Of a stretch of 11,504 nt of DNA, positions 1 through 5,181 are shown one piece after another (within the stretch, counting starts at the first letter, position 1; each line of letters opens with the position of its first letter). The notes beneath the pieces are model-generated. The model made no database searches. It was not told where the DNA came from and worked only from the letters and a program-made list of their open reading frames with translations. Origin of the DNA: a virus. The stretch is taken from IMG/VR virus record IMGVR_UViG_3300045988_106194; one strand, written 5' to 3'. Position numbers and translations under genes: made by a program.

Positions 1-40
1 AAAGGTACGCTACCCACCCCCTGCCACGTTCCCCCAACGG

Positions 41-70
41 CTTTTAACATAGTTTAACACAGTTTAACAC
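41..70. repeat. Three tandem 10-bp repeats (CTTTTAACAT AGTTTAACAC AGTTTAACAC), one per helical turn, 41-70 nt from the terminus
   Basis: Read directly from the sequence. Period is exactly 10 bp and the core GTT-T-AAC is palindromic. Mirrored at 11435-11464. Confidence 0.9.
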
Positions 71-141
71 GTGGGTACTGGGTCGCCACTCTACACGGCT
101 GGCACTGGCTTGCACGGCTGGGGCGGTGTTCGTGGTGTTAA

Positions 142-157
142 TGTTCCACGTGGAACA
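142..157. repeat. 16-bp perfect palindrome TGTTCCACGTGGAACA (operator-like site)
   Basis: Self-complementary over all 16 nt with a CACGTG core. The outer arms TGTT/AACA are the same as in the recurring TGTTTAACA element. Mirrored at 11348-11363. Confidence 0.9.
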
Positions 158-195
158 CTTGCCCTGTAACTCGCTGATTTTCAACGGCTTGCACG

Positions 196-239
196 AATTT
201 ACAAATGTAAATTTACAAATGTGAATAAATTTACAAAAC
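196..239. repeat. Tandem AATTTACAAA(TGT) repeats, three copies (196-208, 210-222, 227-239)
   Basis: Read directly: AATTTACAAATGT, AATTTACAAATGT, then AAATTTACAAAAC. On the opposite strand they contain TAnnTTTG-like boxes (TACATTTG at 209-202, TAGTTTTG at 241-234). Mirrored at 11266-11309. Confidence 0.85.
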
Positions 240-342
240 TAAACTGGTGCTGTTGGTTGCTGAAAATTTTTGCAGAAACTTTCACGTGGTTGCACGTTGG
301 TTGTTAAAAATTCTAAAAATGAAAATTTTTTCTCGCTTATGT

Positions 343-373
343 GTTGTTATGTCGAAAATTGTTTGTATCTTTG
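343..373 (+). promoter_or_regulatory. Candidate inward-facing promoter in the left ITR (TATCTTTG box at 366-373, GTTG 19 nt upstream)
   Basis: TATCTTTG fits the Bacteroidota -7 consensus TAnnTTTG. The identical octamer followed by GC also lies upstream of the capsid gene (4660-4653, minus strand). It sits 48 nt upstream of the ATG at 421. Motif match only. Confidence 0.4.
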
Positions 374-420
374 CACCGTGTTTGATACACAATGAATGTT
401 TAACAAATAATATATGTAAT

Positions 421-753
421 ATGGAACAGCAAAAAAATGTTGAACGGTTTAGGCTTGAAATGATAGTTAAAGCCGTTGAAGATGTAACAAGCGACTTTGA
501 CATTTCAGACGCTTTAAGCGACTATTTAGATTTGTTGCGTGACTTTTCGGGGTGTATTGAAAACATACAACATGACTGTTTTTTAACAGAGGGTGAACTA
601 CCCGAAAACGTGTTGGAAGAGTTGAAAGAACGTTACAACACAAACCGCCTTATTGAGTTGGTTTGGAACACTTCACACGTTGAAAGGGTATGCAAGGCAC
701 TGGAAACGGTGGCTAAACAAGTAAAGTATTTAAAAGATAGTATCAACAAATAA
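421..753 (+). CDS. Hypothetical small acidic protein (110 aa), first gene downstream of the left ITR promoter
   Basis: First ATG outside the ITR in the 247-753 ORF (MEQQKNVERF...), TAA stop. About 23 Asp/Glu versus about 14 Lys/Arg by my count. No transmembrane segment and no motif I recognise. Confidence 0.6.
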   Translation: MEQQKNVERFRLEMIVKAVEDVTSDFDISDALSDYLDLLRDFSGCIENIQHDCFLTEGELPENVLEELKERYNTNRLIELVWNTSHVERVCKALETVAKQVKYLKDSINK

Positions 754-765
754 CACGTGTTAATT

Positions 766-1128
766 ATGGGTATTGAAAAAGTTATCGAGAGTTACCGCAA
801 ACCGCTGGAACTCATCAAAGAGGGTATCGGCAATATAGATACCGAAAGTGAACATGGTAAAAGTTTCATTGCAGAGGCTCAAAAGGTGTTAGGCACACTT
901 ATTGAAAACCTGCCAAACGTGCAAAAGATGTACGAAGACTTGCACGAAAAGTTTGAGGTTGAAAAGGACTGCAAGAACGACGCTTATTTCTTCATTCTTG
1001 AAAGTGGCAATTTTTACAAGTACAAGCAATGGCACTTCAACGAAAAGAAAGGCGACTTGCAAAGCACACTTGAAAAGTTTTGGGCTAACAACTTGAAAGC
1101 CCCCAAAGAGAAAAAGGGTAAAAAGTAA
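766..1128 (+). CDS. Hypothetical protein (120 aa) with a lysine-rich C-terminal tail (KAPKEKKGKK)
   Basis: ATG at 766 (MGIEKVIESY...), 13 nt after the upstream stop. The track's 757 start is a GTG. TAA stop, followed by a strong terminator. No recognisable motif. Confidence 0.6.
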   Translation: MGIEKVIESYRKPLELIKEGIGNIDTESEHGKSFIAEAQKVLGTLIENLPNVQKMYEDLHEKFEVEKDCKNDAYFFILESGNFYKYKQWHFNEKKGDLQSTLEKFWANNLKAPKEKKGKK

Positions 1129-1151
1129 GGTTCAAAGATTGTTTCATGGTT

Positions 1152-1186
1152 CGGGGTACTGCTTTAATTAGTAGTACCCCGTTTTT
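1152..1186 (+). terminator. Rho-independent terminator closing the rightward two-gene unit
   Basis: CGGGGTACT (1152-1160) pairs with AGTACCCCG (1173-1181). The stem extends through G1161-T1172, C1162-G1171 and T1163-A1170 to about 12 bp, and is followed by TTTTT (1182-1186). The U-tract exists only on the plus strand. Confidence 0.8.
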
Positions 1187-1196
1187 GTTACCATAT

Positions 1197-1272
1197 TTTG
1201 CCCCTGCTGGCTTTTCTGTTCGTTTGTGGGTAACATATCCACCCGAACAAAACAAACGCAACACGGGGCAAA
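1197..1272. other. Nested inverted repeats in the convergent intergenic region (possible 3' end structure of the leftward late transcript, or a small RNA)
   Basis: The outer stem pairs TTTGCCCC (1197-1204) with GGGGCAAA (1265-1272). The inner hairpin pairs TGTTCG (1217-1222) with CGAACA (1244-1249) and GTGG (1226-1229) with CCAC (1239-1242). No U-tract on either strand. Confidence 0.4.
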
Positions 1273-1277
1273 TTTGG

Positions 1278-2855
1278 CTATTCTATATAAACGCCCTGTT
1301 CCAGTTGTTCGTATATTGCCCGTTGCTCACTGGTTAATATATTAGCGTTTGCAATACTTCCAACGTGTTCGGCTCTTATAAACCCTTTGAACGTGCCTAT
1401 ATAGTCCGTTACGTTGTCTTTGTTCCTGTTGCCTTTGTCCTTACTGGTGTACCACTTCATTTTAATGTAAGGTTCAAGCCCGTATAATAGTTGTTCGTTC
1501 CAACTGTCAGCCCCCACAAGGTTTATAGTGTCGTTTTGTGGTGCTGTGTAAATTATATCGGTGCTGGGTGCAACATCTTCAACAAGAAACACAATGCCGT
1601 TATAACTTAAACGTGCTATGCCCTCACCTGTAACCGTGTTAATGACGTATTCCAGTCGTACCGATTTGCCCACGTATTCCACGGGTACGGAAACAAACCC
1701 TTTGAACGGCAAAAACAACTGTATTTCGCTTTGGTAGTCGGTGTTGTCGTTATTGTGTGCTGGTATCTCCACGCTTCCGAAATCAAGCGTTACACGGTCT
1801 TTGCTGGGTGCTAAACACTCAATGCCCGTTTCATAGTTACCGCATTTTATTTGGTCTGTGCTGCTGGTCGGTATTTCGGTATGTATTCGCTTTATACGGT
1901 TTACATACTGCCCCAAGTCTATAAGGTAATAACTTGTTTCGCCTGCTGTCGTTTCGCTTCTGAAAAAACGCTTTTTCGCAAAGTCTGCAAGGTTATCCAG
2001 TGTTACCCTATACACGTTTATACTGCCGTAATTAGTTCCTATAACGGTAACGGGTACGGTGTCCCCCGAAATGTTTATACTTTCGTAGTCGCCTATTTCG
2101 GTGGCTGGGTCGCTGGTGTCTATGTAAGCCGTTGCCGTGGTCTTCTCATCGGATAACTCAAAGTTCTTGCTTTTGTAGTAGCCGTATTCGTTTCGCCATG
2201 ACAAAACGGGGGCTTCTTCAAACTCGGTGTTTTCGTTTGCTTTCAGTTCCACGGATAACGCCCCGTTTGGCTTCACAAATTCGGGTATAGGGTTCACGAT
2301 GGAACAACCCGTTAAACTCGTTTCCACCAAATGTACACCCCCGAAAAAACCGCTTATCGTTATCGGCTGGGTTCTGTCTGCGTCCGTAATAGTTACCCGT
2401 GCCGTGCTGTCGTAATCGTTCACGGTAATTTGTAGGTCTGCCGTTGCCGTTTCCCCTGCCGTGTTGGTGTACTGTACCCCCGTATCATAGAAACGCCCAC
2501 GGGGGTAACGTCTGCTTTGTACGGTAATATCAATTTTCACGGTGTCGAAAGATACCGTTAATGTGGTGTCGGCTATGTTGTTTATAACGGTCGGTTCGGG
2601 TACGTCCTCGCTTATTGTGCTGCCTGTAAGCGTTATTTGGCTTTGCTCCATTTCGTCCGTTAAAGTGGCTGTTTTCTTGTCGCTGCTCAACGTGAGGGGG
2701 CTTTCCCTGTAATCACCGTAACCGTCCGTATATTGTGCCTTAATTTCGCCCGTGAACTTATAGCCAGTATCAGCCGTTACCGTCAAAGTAACATCGTACC
2801 CGTTCCGTACTGCTGTAAACTGGCTGTTCGGTATGTTGTTTACTACGTTTTCCAT
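1278..2855 (-). CDS. Large tail protein (525 aa): three N-terminal tandem beta-rich domains plus a conserved C-terminal tail domain, probable receptor-binding or distal tail component
   Basis: Last gene of the structural array; its ATG lies 2 nt after the stop of the gp9-N-like ORF. Three domains of roughly 85 aa each start with VVNNIPN / VINNIAD / IVNPIPE and end with ITLTG / ITISG / INISG. The C-terminal segment LPFKGFVSVPVEYVGKSVRLEYVIN resembles the phi29 gp9 segment [25 protein letters not shown] as I recall it. Confidence 0.6.
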   Translation of the reverse strand: MENVVNNIPNSQFTAVRNGYDVTLTVTADTGYKFTGEIKAQYTDGYGDYRESPLTLSSDKKTATLTDEMEQSQITLTGSTISEDVPEPTVINNIADTTLTVSFDTVKIDITVQSRRYPRGRFYDTGVQYTNTAGETATADLQITVNDYDSTARVTITDADRTQPITISGFFGGVHLVETSLTGCSIVNPIPEFVKPNGALSVELKANENTEFEEAPVLSWRNEYGYYKSKNFELSDEKTTATAYIDTSDPATEIGDYESINISGDTVPVTVIGTNYGSINVYRVTLDNLADFAKKRFFRSETTAGETSYYLIDLGQYVNRIKRIHTEIPTSSTDQIKCGNYETGIECLAPSKDRVTLDFGSVEIPAHNNDNTDYQSEIQLFLPFKGFVSVPVEYVGKSVRLEYVINTVTGEGIARLSYNGIVFLVEDVAPSTDIIYTAPQNDTINLVGADSWNEQLLYGLEPYIKMKWYTSKDKGNRNKDNVTDYIGTFKGFIRAEHVGSIANANILTSEQRAIYEQLEQGVYIE

Positions 2856-2857
2856 AT

Positions 2858-3304
2858 CTATTTATCGCCTTTTATAGTTACCATTATTATGCTGCCTTCT
2901 TCACTGAATAGCCCTGTATTTGGAAACTCCAACTTTTCAAAGTTCGGCAAAGTTGAATAAACCAAAGAACGGGTGTTAATGTGGGTGTCTGCGTTGTCCC
3001 TCTCTGTGATAGTCCCACGGGCTTGCATTATTTCCCTTTCGTAGGTCTTCAACACGTCCACACGCAAAGACAATATAAAAGCGTCCCCCTCTTGAATTTG
3101 TGCGTTATCAATGAAATAATAACGGTTCAGTGTGGGAATGTAACAGTAATTGAACGCTGGAATACCTTTGTAACGGATACGCAAAACGGGGTTTTCCATG
3201 TCGAAATTTGAACGCAAAACGCCCTGTATGTCCGTGGACTGCCCCAACGTCTTATTAACGGTGTTTGGGTGTCCCAAGTAGTTATAAAAATGTATTGTTA
3301 TCAT
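2858..3304 (-). CDS. Tail protein resembling the N-terminal domain of the phi29 gp9 tail-knob protein (148 aa)
   Basis: FNYCYIPTLNRYYFIDNAQIQEGDAFILSLRVDVLKTYEREI parallels the recalled phi29 gp9 segment [47 protein letters not shown]. It sits directly after the capsid gene. TAG stop. Confidence 0.6.
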   Translation of the reverse strand: MITIHFYNYLGHPNTVNKTLGQSTDIQGVLRSNFDMENPVLRIRYKGIPAFNYCYIPTLNRYYFIDNAQIQEGDAFILSLRVDVLKTYEREIMQARGTITERDNADTHINTRSLVYSTLPNFEKLEFPNTGLFSEEGSIIMVTIKGDK

Positions 3305-3316
3305 ATCATCAAGTAT

Positions 3317-3358
3317 TAAAAAGAACGGGCTGGCAATGTTACCACCGCCAACCCGTCC
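3317..3358 (-). terminator. Rho-independent terminator/attenuator downstream of the capsid gene
   Basis: On the minus-strand RNA, GGACGGGUUGGC pairs with GCCAGCCCGUUC (12 bp, two of them G-U), with a 12-nt loop, followed by UUUUU (plus-strand A run 3318-3322). On the plus strand the two G-U pairs become A-C mismatches, so the hairpin is strand-specific. Confidence 0.7.
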
Positions 3359-3382
3359 ACCGTTTAATGAATGTTTACAAAG

Positions 3383-4588
3383 TTATGCTACAAAGAACAC
3401 AACAAAGTTTTCGTTGGTGTCGTTGAAATAGCCTGCGTCAAACTTGAAATAGTTGTTGAAGAACTCGGCTTTTGCGTTGTACGTGGTTGTTACACGTCTG
3501 TCAAGGTTGCAAACGCCCAAAGCGTCACGGTCAAACATAACGCCAAGAACGCCCGAAACGTTCACCGCTTCACCGCTGGCACTCTTTACGTTGATAGTCG
3601 AAACGCTGGCAAAGTCGTAGTTCTTACCGCTTGCCTGCCAACTCGGTACGGTTTCAGCGTTTGGCAAAAGTACCTGGTCTTTGTTGTAGGTGTCAGAATA
3701 GAGGTACGTTTGTGCTGCCTTTGCAAAGTCAGACAAAAGAACGGTGTGCAACATATCCACGGGGGTAAAACGTTCCTTTGCACCCACGTTGAACAGTGTG
3801 GAAACGGTCTGCATACGGTCGGCATACAGTCCCATAGTGTAAGACGCAAAACGGATAAATTCGGGGTTCGTAATTGCGTCCGCTGCTGTGATTGCATCGG
3901 GGTTTGCCGTTTCCCCGTCTGCTGGGTGGAACTTGTCGTTAAACAGCTTCAAAAGGTTCACGCAACGTACTGTACTGGCTGTTGCGTAGTCGGCTGCAAC
4001 TGAAGCCTTACCGCCAAACGCTGTTTTGTCTGCTTTCAGTGTTTCGGCTACCATGTTGTTAATTGTACGCATAATAAGTGCGTCCGCTTTGATAGTCATA
4101 GACTTTTCAACGGCTGAATAAATCATGCTTAAAAAGCCGTTCAACTGCTCGGCACTGCTGAAACTCTCCTTTACCTGTCTTTCGGTAATTGATACGGGCA
4201 CTTCAAAAGTTACCTTGCTGTTAAAGAACTTTGCCGTAACGGTTGGTTTGTGGAATACGTCCTGTTTGTACTCTGTACCGTCCTGCAAGTTCCACGTGTC
4301 GTTTTCGGTGGCTGCTGGAATGTCTGCTGAAATCTTTTCCAGTACGCTGCCAAACTCCCAAGCGTCCATTAAAACGCTGGGTACTTTACCGCTGTAAGGT
4401 CTGTTTACAAACACAACCTTTCCAATGTGGTTTACCAAACTTTTAACGTAGTTGTCCACTGCGTTGGCGTCGAATACTTCCGTACCCAAGTCCACAACAC
4501 CCGTTAAATCTTCCTGCACAATGTCGGTTTTGCCCAACACTTCATTTGATACGCTGTTAATAAGCGTGTAAATCTGCTTTACTTCCAT
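3383..4588 (-). CDS. Major capsid protein, phi29 gp8-like HK97 fold (401 aa), without the C-terminal Ig-like domain of gp8
   Basis: DNYVKSLVNHIGKVVFVNRP parallels phi29 gp8 [20 protein letters not shown]. The C-terminal GVMFDRDALGVCNLDRRVTTTYNAKAEFFNNYFKF parallels [35 protein letters not shown]. The order portal, small protein, capsid is canonical. Confidence 0.85.
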   Translation of the reverse strand: MEVKQIYTLINSVSNEVLGKTDIVQEDLTGVVDLGTEVFDANAVDNYVKSLVNHIGKVVFVNRPYSGKVPSVLMDAWEFGSVLEKISADIPAATENDTWNLQDGTEYKQDVFHKPTVTAKFFNSKVTFEVPVSITERQVKESFSSAEQLNGFLSMIYSAVEKSMTIKADALIMRTINNMVAETLKADKTAFGGKASVAADYATASTVRCVNLLKLFNDKFHPADGETANPDAITAADAITNPEFIRFASYTMGLYADRMQTVSTLFNVGAKERFTPVDMLHTVLLSDFAKAAQTYLYSDTYNKDQVLLPNAETVPSWQASGKNYDFASVSTINVKSASGEAVNVSGVLGVMFDRDALGVCNLDRRVTTTYNAKAEFFNNYFKFDAGYFNDTNENFVVFFVA

Positions 4589-4614
4589 GTTGTAAAATTT
4601 TTATTGTTAAACAA

Positions 4615-5181
4615 TTATTCGTATATATCCAGTGTTATTTCGCTTACAAGGGCAAAGATAATTTTTTCCTGCCACTTGTTACGCCTTAACTCCATTTCTT
4701 TAACCACGTTTTCCGATACGTTGCCCGTTGTCCCCTGTTGTTCTGTGGTACTGGTAACGGTTTCGGTGCGTGTCTTGTTCTGCTCGCTGGTGTCCCGTTC
4801 CCCGTCCGTGAACATATCATCGTTAAACGCCTTTTCTGCGTTTGTGGTGTTGTCCGTTCCCTGCTCGCTGGTGTCCCTGTTTTCGGTCTTCGTTACCTTT
4901 GCCGTGGTCGGTGTTACTGCGTTGTACTCGGTTGTCATCGCTTCCGCCTGTTTCAGCCAGTCGCCAACACGCATTGAAATGATACCACGCAAAACGGGTG
5001 CTGCCGTTGTCGCTGTCAGTCCCTCGGACAAAGTACGGTTGCCGTACTTAAACGCTGCCACTGCGTCCAGTTCTTCGGGTGGTGTACGGGCAAAAATTGT
5101 TCGGTACTCGTCCTCGAAATCGGGGTAAAAGTATTTTGCGAAAAGCCCGTTACCCTCTGTAAACAGTTCCTTGTACTTCAT
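4615..5181 (-). CDS. Hypothetical structural protein (188 aa) with a Thr/Ser/Glu/Asn-rich central region; scaffolding or head-tail adaptor candidate
   Basis: Lies between portal and capsid genes, the usual scaffold position. Its start overlaps the portal stop (ATGA). It contains an internal in-frame duplication (RDTSEQ twice). No recognisable motif. Confidence 0.55.
   Translation of the reverse strand: MKYKELFTEGNGLFAKYFYPDFEDEYRTIFARTPPEELDAVAAFKYGNRTLSEGLTATTAAPVLRGIISMRVGDWLKQAEAMTTEYNAVTPTTAKVTKTENRDTSEQGTDNTTNAEKAFNDDMFTDGERDTSEQNKTRTETVTSTTEQQGTTGNVSENVVKEMELRRNKWQEKIIFALVSEITLDIYE
4653..4660 (-). promoter_or_regulatory. Candidate late promoter -7 box (TATCTTTG) inside the 3' end of the 188-aa gene, 65 nt upstream of the capsid ATG
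   Basis: The reverse complement of 4653-4660 is TATCTTTG followed by C, the same box as in the ITRs. It is followed about 35 nt later by TTGTTTAACAAT, the same box-then-element order as in the ITR. No convincing -33 element. Confidence 0.3.

Larger units (their letters stand above)
1..407. repeat. Left inverted terminal repeat (407 bp); putative protein-primed replication origin plus inward-facing promoter/leader
   Basis: By manual comparison 1-407 is the exact reverse complement of 11098-11504. Identity stops right after AATGAATGTTTAACAAA (left continues TAAT, complement of the right arm continues AAGT). The terminus starts 5'-AAAGG, a reiterated terminal A like the AAAGTA ends of phi29, which is compatible with sliding-back initiation. 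Confidence 0.93.

Noticed and set aside
247-420. N-terminal extension of the first plus-strand ORF into the ITR (GTG start at 247, 58 extra residues)
   Set aside because: The extension lies entirely in the ITR. It is Cys/Leu/Ile-rich with no coding character, uses a GTG start, and overlaps the promoter-like boxes. The first ATG outside the ITR (421) gives a compact acidic protein.
902-1096. 64-aa alternative-frame ORF (Lys/Thr/Cys-rich) inside the 766-1128 gene, and a 103-aa minus-strand alternative-frame ORF at 3586-3897 inside the capsid gene
   Set aside because: They are fully nested in longer ORFs, have biased low-complexity composition, and show no evidence of overprinting that I can support.
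1146-1337. 63-aa plus-strand ORF with two hydrophobic stretches, considered as a possible holin
   Set aside because: Its first third is encoded by the stem, loop and T-tract of a strong rho-independent terminator. Its last 60 nt run antisense through the end of the tail gene. The hydrophobic stretches contain several prolines, and there is no charged C-terminal tail. It is worth a quick TM-prediction check only because no other lysis candidate exists.
3371-4003. 210-aa plus-strand ORF antisense to the capsid gene
   Set aside because: The Cys/Val/Arg-rich composition is typical of the reverse frame of a real gene, and it overlaps the well-supported capsid CDS completely. Only its start region (the element copy at 3366-3382) is retained as a finding.
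4604-5128. 174-aa plus-strand ORF antisense to the 188-aa gene, superficially membrane-like (Ser/Val/Leu-rich)
   Set aside because: It is the mirror image of a Thr/Ser/Glu/Asn-rich coding region, which automatically gives Ser/Val-rich antisense frames. There is no independent start context, and it breaks the otherwise strictly unidirectional gene array.
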